From contig JBAZJK010000001.1 in assembly GCA_041651355.1 (NCBI GenBank), positions 357,883 through 421,882 of the forward strand: a stretch of DNA of 64,000 bases, given 5' to 3'. The position numbers and the translations under genes are program-made. The stretch's first letter is position 1. Each line of letters opens with the position of its first letter. This DNA is from Patescibacteria group bacterium (GTDB lineage: Bacteria > Patescibacteriota > Patescibacteriia > Patescibacteriales > UBA12465). The notes beneath the pieces were generated by a model. The model was not told the origin of the DNA. It worked only from the letters and a program-made list of their open reading frames with translations, and made no database searches. Positions 16,550 to 24,852 of the stretch are shown here, in pieces.

Positions 16550-17338
16550 ATGGCCACACAAAATCAAAAAGATACGCTGTATAAAAAATTGGCAAAATAC
16601 AGCAAAAAGTATTTGAACAAGAAATATTCGGAGTTAGATGAGTCAGCAACCAGGATAATGGTCAACAATTTTCTAACGGAAATTCTTGGTTATGCCGAGC
16701 TAGAAGAAATTAAAACCGAATACAGGGTAAGAGGAGAATATGCTGATTATGTAATACAAGTTGGGCGGAAAAAGCACTTTATCGTTGAAGTTAAAGCAAT
16801 CCAATTAGATTTATCCGACCACCATTTAAGGCAGGCCGTAAATTACGCCGCCAATGAGGGTATTGATTGGGTGTTGCTAACTAATGGTAAAAACTTTTCG
16901 CTTTATAAAGTAATATTTGCCAAGCCAATAGACAGTAAAAAAGTATTTAGTTTTAATTTATCAGACCCGAAAGAACTTAAAAGTTCTGTTGAATATATTA
17001 TGTATCTAACAAAAAAATCAGTCATGAAAGACGAGTTGACTGATTTTTGGAAACGTTTTCAGGCTCTTGAGCCAAATCATTTATGTAAGAATCTATATGC
17101 AATTGAAGTCGTGAGATTTTTGAAGAAAGTTCTAAAAAAATCAACCGACTTATCTTTTTCTGATGACGATATTTTAGAGTCGCTTAATATTATTATCAGA
17201 GCTAAAATTGAGTCGGAAAAACCAAGATGTCCAATAAATGTTTTTGGAAAGAAAGGAAATAATCAAAATAAAACAAAAGGGGCATTTTTAAATAATGAGA
17301 TTATAGATACAGAGCAGCCAATTATACCTAAAATATGA
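16550..17338 (+). CDS. PD-(D/E)xK nuclease-fold protein, type I restriction HsdR N-terminal-domain-like
   Basis: The core is YADYVIQVGRKKHFIVEVKAIQLDL...AVNYAANEGIDWVLLTNGKNFSLYKV. Confidence 0.5.
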   Translation: MATQNQKDTLYKKLAKYSKKYLNKKYSELDESATRIMVNNFLTEILGYAELEEIKTEYRVRGEYADYVIQVGRKKHFIVEVKAIQLDLSDHHLRQAVNYAANEGIDWVLLTNGKNFSLYKVIFAKPIDSKKVFSFNLSDPKELKSSVEYIMYLTKKSVMKDELTDFWKRFQALEPNHLCKNLYAIEVVRFLKKVLKKSTDLSFSDDDILESLNIIIRAKIESEKPRCPINVFGKKGNNQNKTKGAFLNNEIIDTEQPIIPKI

Positions 17339-17850
17339 TGCCAATAACTAAAAAAAAGATAAAAGAGTATGCTGATAAATACGACAGGGGCGCGATTGGC
17401 AGTTTTGACGAATATGGCGAGAAAGAACTAAAAGAATGGTTTATAGACCATAGATATTTAGATAAAGAAAAATTTATCAGACTGGGTAAATGGAAATCTC
17501 GTCGGCCAATAAAGCATTATGAAAGCAACAACGATAGTTTAATAAAAGATATTACTAAATTTAGTCTTTCGGTCGAGAATGAGGAAGCTCGTATTAAAAT
17601 ACTCTTTGTGTTAAAAGGCGTATCTTGGCCAGTTGCTTCTACAATTTTACATTTCGCTTTTCCTAATAAATATCCAATTATGGATTTTAGGGCTTTATGG
17701 TCGCTTGGCATAGAACAACCGAAAAGTTATAATTTTAATTTTTGGCAGAGCTATTGTGAGAAAATTAGAGAGGTGGCGCAAAGTGTTCATGAAGATATTA
17801 GAACAGTCGACAAAGCCCTTTGGAAGTATTCAAAAGAACATCAAAAATAA
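17335..17850 (+). CDS. Hypothetical protein (171 aa)
   Basis: It overlaps the upstream gene by 4 nt (ATGA). No confident motif. Confidence 0.45.
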   Translation: MMPITKKKIKEYADKYDRGAIGSFDEYGEKELKEWFIDHRYLDKEKFIRLGKWKSRRPIKHYESNNDSLIKDITKFSLSVENEEARIKILFVLKGVSWPVASTILHFAFPNKYPIMDFRALWSLGIEQPKSYNFNFWQSYCEKIREVAQSVHEDIRTVDKALWKYSKEHQK

Positions 17851-17876
17851 AATTTAGATATATAATTAAGAAATCT

Positions 17877-18743
17877 ATGGCCAGATACTACAAAAGGAGT
17901 TATAAAAATTATGAAGAAGACGATGGGGCTAAATTTATTGTCGGAGTTGTTGTCTTTTTTATCGTTTGTCTGGTATTGGCTTATAATGCTGGAACAGCCA
18001 CTTTTTTAGCTACCCTAGCTAGTGAGGTTGGGCTAATTGTTTTGGTAATCGTCGGGATTAAGGCTTTAAAAAAGAGCAAAGAAAATGCTCGTAAAGCTAA
18101 AGTTGAAAATATATTAAGCACTATCCAAAAAGCAGGGCTTGAAGAATATATCAATAATTTTATATCCCGATTCAGCCTTGGTCAGGAAAAGGATAAAAAT
18201 GTTTGGGTAAGACGAAATTATAAAATCAGTTGGGATAGAATAAATGATTTAAAAGATTTTTTATATCAAAAAGAGATTGATTTTTCTTCTTCCGAAATCT
18301 GTATCCTTTTAGCTAACTATATTGATAAGAAAGAATTTGATCTAACTGTTAATAGCATTGGCGCAACTACTAATAGTTTTTCAAAATTAAACGGAACAGA
18401 TTTTGAGCATTTATTATATCGTCTTTATGAGGCGATGGGGTATTCTGTCTTATCTAATGGAAAAACAGGAGACCAGGGAGGCGACTTAATAGCGACTAAA
18501 AATCAGGAGAGAATTTTAATTCAGGCGAAATGTTATAAAGATTGGAGCGTTGGCAATAGTGCCGTTCAAGAGGCCGTCGCAGCCAGGAATCACTATGATT
18601 GTAATAAGGCCATGGTTATAACAACGAGCGTTTTTACTAAAGAGGCCACGGAATTAGCAAAAACAAACAAAGTAGAATTAATACCCAAGGAATTACTCCA
18701 AAAAATGCTTCTAGATAATTTAAAAGAAAGTTGGAGTTATTAA
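17877..18743 (+). CDS. Membrane-anchored Mrr-type restriction endonuclease domain protein
   Basis: It has N-terminal TM helices. The C-terminal core is GTDFEHLLYRLYEAMGYSV...GDQGGDLIATKNQERILIQAKCY (Mrr_cat-like D..D..QxK). An ATG at 17877 lies inside the track ORF 17820-18743. Confidence 0.65.
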   Translation: MARYYKRSYKNYEEDDGAKFIVGVVVFFIVCLVLAYNAGTATFLATLASEVGLIVLVIVGIKALKKSKENARKAKVENILSTIQKAGLEEYINNFISRFSLGQEKDKNVWVRRNYKISWDRINDLKDFLYQKEIDFSSSEICILLANYIDKKEFDLTVNSIGATTNSFSKLNGTDFEHLLYRLYEAMGYSVLSNGKTGDQGGDLIATKNQERILIQAKCYKDWSVGNSAVQEAVAARNHYDCNKAMVITTSVFTKEATELAKTNKVELIPKELLQKMLLDNLKESWSY

Positions 18744-18768
18744 GGATAAATTTTTTATTTAATTTTAG

Positions 18769-20412
18769 CTAGTTCGGTTCCAAGTATATCCCAACCTCGG
18801 AGCCAGATATCAAATCGTGACGTGCAAAGAGGGCTTGGAAGCCCTCTTTTGCTTTTATATCAGCTAATTCTTTGTTAGCTATAAAGAGTTCTGAAAAGAC
18901 CTGCGTGGCTATTTCTCGCTTTTCAATATCAAGTGCGTGTTTATAGTAAACATTAGCCATTTTTACCAGTTCTGAAAAAGTAATGACGTATTTTAACATT
19001 TCATTGGCGGCTTCTTGGTGGGCGTGAGTTTTGTTTTCTATTACCTGCAACTCTTCGTTTAGGCGCTTTTCCTCTTTGGCTATTTCATCAATACTCATAG
19101 TATTAGCTCTAAGAAGGCTAATTTTATTTTTAGTAATATAGTTAAGATCAGCGTATATGCGCTTTCTTTCCTGATTAAAGTCATCCAGTTCCTTTTCTCT
19201 CCCAGAGGTTATTTTATCAAGCTCAAAATTAGCTCTGGCTTCAATTTCCTGTTTTTCGGCGTCCGTAAAGCTTATTTTCTCCAAAACCCGCTCTACAAGG
19301 CCGTCTATAGCCTTCTCGGTTATGCTTTTACTCTGGTTGTGGCAGCCATCTTTACATCTGGAATAATAGTAATTTATCCCTTTCCTCTGATAAGGGGAAT
19401 ATGACCGGCCACAAGGACATTTTATGATATTTCGATAAGTGAAGAAGTCTTTATCAATATAGTGGATGCAAACATTTTTTGATTTTAACACTTGTTGCAC
19501 TTGATTGAATAAGGAAGTATCTATTAGGGGCTGGTGGGCGCCATCTATGTATTTTTCTTTTCTCCCAATTTTTATTTTTCCGATATAAAAAGGATTATTA
19601 AGGATATTCTCGATTGTTTTGTTATTTACCGGTCGGCTGGCCTTGGGTATTGTATTAACTTCAATGCCAGCCAGCATCTCTGCTTTTGTGCGATTTCGTC
19701 TTGCTGGCTTAGTGGTTAACCCTTGTGTATTTGCCCATTTTGCTAATTGGAATAAGCTCCATTCGCCGCTTGAATATAATTCAAAAATTCTTTTAACTAT
19801 TGATGCTCGTTCGGGATCAATCGGTTTGCTCCCGGATCCCTCGTCAAGATAACCGATGGGCGACATATAAATGCATTTGCCTTCGGCTCGTAGTTTTTCT
19901 GCAGCCGCCTTAACCTTTTCGCTTATGACCCGTGAGTAATGCGCAGAAAACATCCCGTCTATATCACGGTGCAGGGCACCGGAGCTGCTTTTTTCGTAGT
20001 TTGCTTGCACGAACCGAATATCAACCCCCTTATCCATTAAGTTCTTGATTATAAGGCCGTCCTGCTCATTGCGGCTTATTCTGTCCCAGCAGAGGCAAAT
20101 TATCCCCTTAAATTCCTTATCAAGCAGTTTTTGAACCATTACTTGGAATTTAGGACGTTCAATTTTATATTCTACCGTGCCATCCTTTTTCATTTGAATT
20201 CCGGAAGTCTTGAAGGCAGTATGCTTCTCCTTTATTGTCCCTGCCTCACAAAATCCCTCTTGGTCTAATTGAGCTATATCCAGCTTATGATCGCTGGCAT
20301 ATTTTGAACATTGTCCTATCTGATAGTCAATGGAATTTTTTTGATTATCGGCGTCATCCGTGCTTTTTCTTGTATAGATTAAATAATCATTTTGATACTT
20401 ATTGTTTTTCAT
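18769..20412 (-). CDS. Large serine recombinase 2
   Basis: Motifs are YLIYTRKSTDDADNQKNSIDYQ and CLCWDRISRNEQD, then a recombinase domain, a Cys-rich ribbon (IKCPCGRSY..YYYSRCKDGCHN) and a coiled coil. Confidence 0.85.
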   Translation of the reverse strand: MKNNKYQNDYLIYTRKSTDDADNQKNSIDYQIGQCSKYASDHKLDIAQLDQEGFCEAGTIKEKHTAFKTSGIQMKKDGTVEYKIERPKFQVMVQKLLDKEFKGIICLCWDRISRNEQDGLIIKNLMDKGVDIRFVQANYEKSSSGALHRDIDGMFSAHYSRVISEKVKAAAEKLRAEGKCIYMSPIGYLDEGSGSKPIDPERASIVKRIFELYSSGEWSLFQLAKWANTQGLTTKPARRNRTKAEMLAGIEVNTIPKASRPVNNKTIENILNNPFYIGKIKIGRKEKYIDGAHQPLIDTSLFNQVQQVLKSKNVCIHYIDKDFFTYRNIIKCPCGRSYSPYQRKGINYYYSRCKDGCHNQSKSITEKAIDGLVERVLEKISFTDAEKQEIEARANFELDKITSGREKELDDFNQERKRIYADLNYITKNKISLLRANTMSIDEIAKEEKRLNEELQVIENKTHAHQEAANEMLKYVITFSELVKMANVYYKHALDIEKREIATQVFSELFIANKELADIKAKEGFQALFARHDLISGSEVGIYLEPN

Positions 20413-20590
20413 ATTTTTATTTATTAACTAATAACTAAAATGGACGGTTCTGGCTTACCCGATATACATTACCAAAGGTAATTTTTATCGGCAGAACCGC
20501 CCATTTCAGGCGATAAAATAATAAAACCTTTGGGTTTATAGTATATCAGGTAAGCACTATTATAATACCAAAAATTTAATTTATTTTCAA
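20413..20590 (-). ncRNA. Structured RNA motif, copy B, forming the 5' leader of LSR2
   Basis: The minus-strand promoter is TTGAAA (20585-20590), N17, TATTAT (20562-20567). P2 is 20541-20555 with 20453-20467. P3 is 20526-20535 with 20471-20479. P4 is 20511-20518 with 20483-20490. Loop 20492-20506 pairs over 15 bp with tail 20438-20452. The LSR2 ATG lies 25 nt after the tail. Confidence 0.65.
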
Positions 20591-20748
20591 GGTGGTTTAG
20601 ATTGTGCTGGAGACAAAATATGGCCATCTTTGATTATATACCCTTCGCTCGTAAGCCGCCGGTGAACCTTTCTAATGGCATTATAAAAACCGGCAAAGTT
20701 TTTAATTTGTTCATCATTATAAATTGTATTTTTGCCGGTTTCTTGCAT
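20587..20748 (-). CDS. Possible small ORF (53 aa)
   Basis: My own translation is MQETGKNTIYNDEQIKNFAGFYNAIRKVHRRLTSEGYIIKDGHILSPAQSKPP. The opposite-strand track ORF 20602-20832 is rejected. Confidence 0.3.
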   Translation of the reverse strand: MQETGKNTIYNDEQIKNFAGFYNAIRKVHRRLTSEGYIIKDGHILSPAQSKPP

Positions 20749-20760
20749 ATTATTCAAACA

Positions 20761-20946
20761 TTATTCTTCTATGGACTCCGAGCTTTTCGTTTGTTTTTGA
20801 AATTTTTTGGACTTTTTATAAAGCTTAATTAATTCCACAAATACTAAATTATAACTCTTGTTAGCAGCTATTTTTATTTCGCGGATTTCATTAATGGTTT
20901 TCTCATTAAGGCGATAACCAAATGGTTTGTAGTGTAAATTGCGCAT
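20761..20946 (-). CDS. Small basic protein (61 aa), possible DNA-binding or recombination accessory factor
   Basis: The ORF is MRNLHYKPFGYRLNEKTINEIREIKIAANKSYNLVFVELIKLYKKSKKF. It lies upstream of copy B and LSR2. Confidence 0.35.
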   Translation of the reverse strand: MRNLHYKPFGYRLNEKTINEIREIKIAANKSYNLVFVELIKLYKKSKKFQKQTKSSESIEE

Positions 20947-21187
20947 AGTAATCCTATTGTTCTACTAAACCCCCGCTGCTCAAGCCGTATTCGCTCCCTA
21001 AGCAGTTAGTAGCTATGGTTAGTAATATCTGCACGGGGTTTAGTGTGATTAATATTATGGTTGTTAATTTATTTTGCTTGAGGTTTGCGTTTCCGTTTTG
21101 AACATCCTTCCGCCGCAATTTATTTTTGATCGCTCCGGCTGCCCGGATGTAGGGTCGGGGCACGATTTAATAGTTTAATTATATAAA

Positions 21188-21217
21188 TAAAAAAAACTGG
21201 GGCACATCACCCCAGTT
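21188..21217 (-). terminator. Intrinsic terminator after gene 21241-21882
   Basis: The minus RNA is AACUGGGG-UGAUGUG-CCCCAGUU followed by a U-run. Confidence 0.65.
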
Positions 21218-21240
21218 GTTTCAAAATACGGGAATTTTTT

Positions 21241-21882
21241 TTATTTAATTTTAGGTATTTTATTTAATTTTTTTGCAGCAGAATATCTATTTTTCTCCAT
21301 TATCTTTGATACATCCGAGTAGCCTATAGTGGTCATTTGTGGAAAAACTGAATTTATAATATTGGCAGTTTCTTTATTTGTTACACCCCATCTTTTCAGA
21401 GCCCTTATAAATAGATCTCTTTTAGCGTTTTTTATAGATTTCAAATTTTTTATTTCATAGCCATAAACCTCTTTCTTAAAATTGCTTATTTTTGACCAAT
21501 TATTTTGTATATCTCTGTAAGTCGTTTCGGGATATATTTTTATGGCGGCACAGTGTAACCCACTTCTTTCTTTATGCGTGATGAGCTCGCAAGGGGCAAA
21601 TCCTTTGAGTATATTTTCATCCGGCATTCTTGCAAATATTATTATATACATTAAACAAACACCATAATGTTCATTTAATTTATATCTTATCCTTAATTCC
21701 TCTAAATCTTCAAGGCAGCACGCTACAGCATCGTGCCCATATTTTTTAATATATTCGTCGTCTACGCCCTCGTCAGGAATTAAAAATTTTTTCTTTATAG
21801 CAAGTATATCCTTTCGAAATCCATCGTTTGCGGTATATTGGAGCAGGTTATTGAGTATTTTTTGGCCGAAATGATTTTTCAT
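21241..21882 (-). CDS. Hypothetical protein (213 aa), possible C-terminal HTH
   Basis: The ORF has a terminator downstream. The C-terminal KRDLFIRALKRWGVTNKETANIINSVF is HTH-like, which is weak evidence. Confidence 0.45.
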   Translation of the reverse strand: MKNHFGQKILNNLLQYTANDGFRKDILAIKKKFLIPDEGVDDEYIKKYGHDAVACCLEDLEELRIRYKLNEHYGVCLMYIIIFARMPDENILKGFAPCELITHKERSGLHCAAIKIYPETTYRDIQNNWSKISNFKKEVYGYEIKNLKSIKNAKRDLFIRALKRWGVTNKETANIINSVFPQMTTIGYSDVSKIMEKNRYSAAKKLNKIPKIK

Positions 21883-21977
21883 ATTAGCATTGTATTACTA
21901 TATAAGTTTAACACTTATAGCATTTTGAGCAAATAAAAACCCCGTGTCGGGGGTTTATAATAAAATTATCTTTTCTA

Positions 21978-22376
21978 TTATCTACTCGTCTTAGATCTGT
22001 TAAAAAATTTATTGTGCAGAATAATAGTCAGAAGGGTTATAATTATAGCTAATAAGTTTCTAAGAAGTTTACTTTGCTCTGGGAGTAATAGAAGAATTGT
22101 GAAATTATAAAACAGGTAGAACCCCACAACAGCAATAGTTGTTTTTATTATTTTATTTATTTTTGAGGTATTTATTTCTCTAAATAAAATGTTTTTGCCT
22201 TGATTTTTTTTCTTTTGCTGTTCTATGGCGATTGCCAATCCTAAAATGCCGGCTGTGATGGCTGAGCCTATTATTGTTCCCCAATTATAGTTATTTGTCT
22301 CGGAATTCGCCGCATAACAGATGTGTGGGGACATCACGGTTATCAGTAGTAAGATTAAAAAGCTATTTTTTCTCAT
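21978..22376 (-). CDS. Small membrane protein with signal peptide (132 aa)
   Basis: The signal peptide is MRKNSFLILLLITVMSPHICYA, followed by three hydrophobic segments. It lies directly downstream of RNA copy C. Confidence 0.5.
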   Translation of the reverse strand: MRKNSFLILLLITVMSPHICYAANSETNNYNWGTIIGSAITAGILGLAIAIEQQKKKNQGKNILFREINTSKINKIIKTTIAVVGFYLFYNFTILLLLPEQSKLLRNLLAIIITLLTIILHNKFFNRSKTSR

Positions 22377-22580
22377 ATTTTTAATAATTTGTTAAGGTGC
22401 CCAAAAACAAAAATGGACACCCGATCCTGCAAAACAACAATCGGTGCCCGAAGACGCCTTTTGTGTCGGATCGGAATGTCCATTCCTGCACACAAAAGAC
22501 GAAGCGAATAAACGCCAGCTTCGGGTTATAAGATTGTTGTTTTGCTTTTACAATATACCATAAAATATGGAAAAACTCAA
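22377..22580 (-). ncRNA. Structured RNA motif, copy C (same architecture, different helix sequences)
   Basis: The minus-strand promoter is TTGAGT (22575-22580), N17, TATATT (22552-22557). P2 is 22532-22545 with 22429-22442. P3 is 22519-22525 with 22447-22453. P4 is 22490-22498 with 22458-22466. Loop 22468-22484 pairs with tail 22411-22427, followed by U5GU5. This region replaces track ORF 22381-22608. Confidence 0.6.
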
Positions 22581-22761
22581 TTATATAAAATAGGCTATTT
22601 TTAGACATTTTTTACTTGTTTGTTTGATTTTTTATGCAAAATGACGTGGTGATTTTTTTTGCAATGGTGGTGAGCGACTCTTTTACGAAAATAAATTTAG
22701 AGGCTCAATTTACAGAGCAGCTAAAAAGGTATAAAATTTAATTGTAATAATAAATAAAATA

Positions 22762-23658
22762 ATGACTATTTACGATAAAATTGATGTTGCGCTAAAAGCA
22801 ATAAGACGCACGCAGGATTTAATCAGGCGGGGTCTTGCAAGGCCGGCAGAAAAACAAGAGGCTTTTCGGTTGGCGAAAGAAACGGCTAGTTTTTTTACCG
22901 ATGATATTTTTAAGAGAAAAGCCGAAAGAGAAAGCAGGGTAACCGTTTGGTCTAACGAAACAAATGACGGTTTTGTCGCGATTGATGAGGCTGATCAATT
23001 AAATGGCTGGGTTAGCTTACTAGAGGAATATAAAGACGGTAGAAAAATTAAAGCCGAACTATCAAGTGAGAAAGTTCATATACAATCAGTTGTTGATGGC
23101 GAGGATCAGCATATTTTTATTACTGAGAAAGGTTCCGGTGAGCATACTCATCTTATTTTGGACGGTGGTACCGGTGAGATAAGAATTGACCCGAAAGACA
23201 AAACACCTCACGAAATAATTAAATCCATACAAGCAAAGCTTGAGCTTAAAACTGGTGAAACAGTCCAGGTTACAAAAACCGCTTTGAGTTTTGTTGAGCC
23301 CGAAGTTCCCAGGGTAGACGTTAGGGCTTATACTGCGATCAAAGACGACTGTTTTGTACTTGAGATTTATAATAATGGAGACGAAGATTTGGAAAATTTT
23401 TGTGTTCAAATAAATTGGGCGCAGCCGGAAGGACTACAGGAGAGGATTTTGGAAAAATTTAATAGTGAAAGTGATTATCTTGTTCTGGCGAGTCCAAAGT
23501 CGCTTAATTTGCTTAAAAAGGGAGAGCGAGTTTATTCCCAGATCCCCACTATAAGTGTTAATAAAAAAATAAAGATTACTATTTCCTGCAGAGGAATGCA
23601 GAGTGATAGACAAATTAAGAAAGAATTTGATCTTGAAACTCAAAATGAATATAAGTAA
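22762..23658 (+). CDS. Hypothetical protein (298 aa), first gene of a 4-gene unit
   Basis: A long ORF with no motif recognised. Confidence 0.45.
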   Translation: MTIYDKIDVALKAIRRTQDLIRRGLARPAEKQEAFRLAKETASFFTDDIFKRKAERESRVTVWSNETNDGFVAIDEADQLNGWVSLLEEYKDGRKIKAELSSEKVHIQSVVDGEDQHIFITEKGSGEHTHLILDGGTGEIRIDPKDKTPHEIIKSIQAKLELKTGETVQVTKTALSFVEPEVPRVDVRAYTAIKDDCFVLEIYNNGDEDLENFCVQINWAQPEGLQERILEKFNSESDYLVLASPKSLNLLKKGERVYSQIPTISVNKKIKITISCRGMQSDRQIKKEFDLETQNEYK

Positions 23659-23714
23659 TTTTTTAGATTTTTATCATCATTTATTTTTGTTAAAAAATGT
23701 TTAGTTGATAAATT

Positions 23715-24452
23715 ATGGAATATATTTTAGCGGTTATACAATTTATCCCCAATCTTTTCAAATACATTAAACGTATTTGGAAGTTTAACTTACCGGCCGG
23801 AAAAGTTTTAGGGTCTGTAGCTGATAATAATGAAGAGTTAAAAATTTTTGTAAAAGATTTGATTGTTCTAGATAATATTATCAGTGCTCCAAAATTAATT
23901 TCAAAAGAAGGCGAACAAGTTCAATACAATCCCAACATAGAAAAGGTTTGGCCGGATGTGGAGGCTATTGGGGTGGCTAAATTATTTAATCTTCTTGGTC
24001 AAATAGGTAAAAATAATAAATTATCTATTATTGAAATGAGCGTAGGTTTTAATATGTGGGACAGTAATTTAATTGTTTTAGGAGCACAGTCCTTCAAATC
24101 TAGAGAATTTTACCGTCTGATGGAAAATGTAGGATATCGTATTGATGATAGTGAGATTTATGATAATGAGACCGGAGAAATTATCGAAAGAGAAAACGGT
24201 TATGGATATGGATTAATAATAAAAGCGACTAACGGAAAGTTAGCTGAAGGCAAGAAAGGCCTTGGGTTTTTATTAGGCGGGTATGGAGTTTTAGGAACTC
24301 AAGCGGCCGTTTATTATTTTTGTAATAATATCAGTCAACTGGGAAAAATGTTTGGAAGGAAAAAATTCAGTATAATTGTTAGGGCAAAAATATCAGTTGG
24401 CGAACAATCCGTTGAAAGATTAGATAGATATAATAAAGTTTATAGCAGATAA
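23715..24452 (+). CDS. Hypothetical protein (245 aa) with a Gly-rich GGYGVLGTQAA segment (SLOG/LOG-like GGxGT, tentative)
   Basis: Segments are IVLGAQSFKS...GYGLIIKA...GFLLGGYGVLGTQAAVYYF. Confidence 0.4.
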   Translation: MEYILAVIQFIPNLFKYIKRIWKFNLPAGKVLGSVADNNEELKIFVKDLIVLDNIISAPKLISKEGEQVQYNPNIEKVWPDVEAIGVAKLFNLLGQIGKNNKLSIIEMSVGFNMWDSNLIVLGAQSFKSREFYRLMENVGYRIDDSEIYDNETGEIIERENGYGYGLIIKATNGKLAEGKKGLGFLLGGYGVLGTQAAVYYFCNNISQLGKMFGRKKFSIIVRAKISVGEQSVERLDRYNKVYSR

Positions 24453-24483
24453 TTTATATGGTTTTAATTAACTGAAAGATTAT

Positions 24484-24840
24484 ATGGCTGATCCAGATTT
24501 ACAGAAAGTATTTGATCAAATTATTAGCTGGAATTCAATCCAGAAAATAATAAGCGAAGCTTATGAGCTGCTCGCGCTTGCGATAGGGCAGGCTGTATCT
24601 AATCTCTGGTTAACATCCAGAACTATTATCATATATTTAATCTTATTTTTCTTTGTAAGAAAATTTTACGACGGGGGCATCGGCAGTTTGGTATATAATT
24701 TAATATATTTTCTTATCGCCGCCGTTTTAATCTGGATATTTGGCTGGAAAGTATTGTTTAGTATTTGGTTTGAATTTATTTATCCATTTTCATATATAAC
24801 CACAGGATTTTTATTAAGGAAAATTGGTGTTTGGAAATAA
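24484..24840 (+). CDS. Small 3-TM membrane protein
   Basis: Hydrophobic segments are LWLTSRTIIIYLILFFFV, LVYNLIYFLIAAVLIWIFGW and FIYPFSYITTGFLL. Confidence 0.45.
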   Translation: MADPDLQKVFDQIISWNSIQKIISEAYELLALAIGQAVSNLWLTSRTIIIYLILFFFVRKFYDGGIGSLVYNLIYFLIAAVLIWIFGWKVLFSIWFEFIYPFSYITTGFLLRKIGVWK

Positions 24841-24852
24841 CTTTTTCAATAT

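Noticed and set aside
20438-20506. The inverted repeats of the RNA motif (tail versus loop segments; also 13065-13131 and 22411-22484) read as an invertible DNA switch for the adjacent serine recombinase
   Set aside because: The repeats are only 39-45 bp apart, which is too short for site-specific inversion. They are interleaved with three further nested pairings. Every single mismatch is G:U-compatible only on the minus strand. A conserved promoter sits at a fixed distance. An RNA structure explains more of these observations. A DNA-level att role is not formally excluded.
20602-20832. 76-aa plus-strand ORF, and the 20954-21163 minus-strand ORF (GTG start)
   Set aside because: Both are hydrophobic, low-complexity translations of AT-rich or structured intergenic DNA. 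The first is antisense to better small ORFs (20587-20748, 20761-20946).
22381-22608. 75-aa ORF from the track
   Set aside because: It lies entirely within the structured RNA copy C and its promoter. Nothing about its sequence suggests coding.
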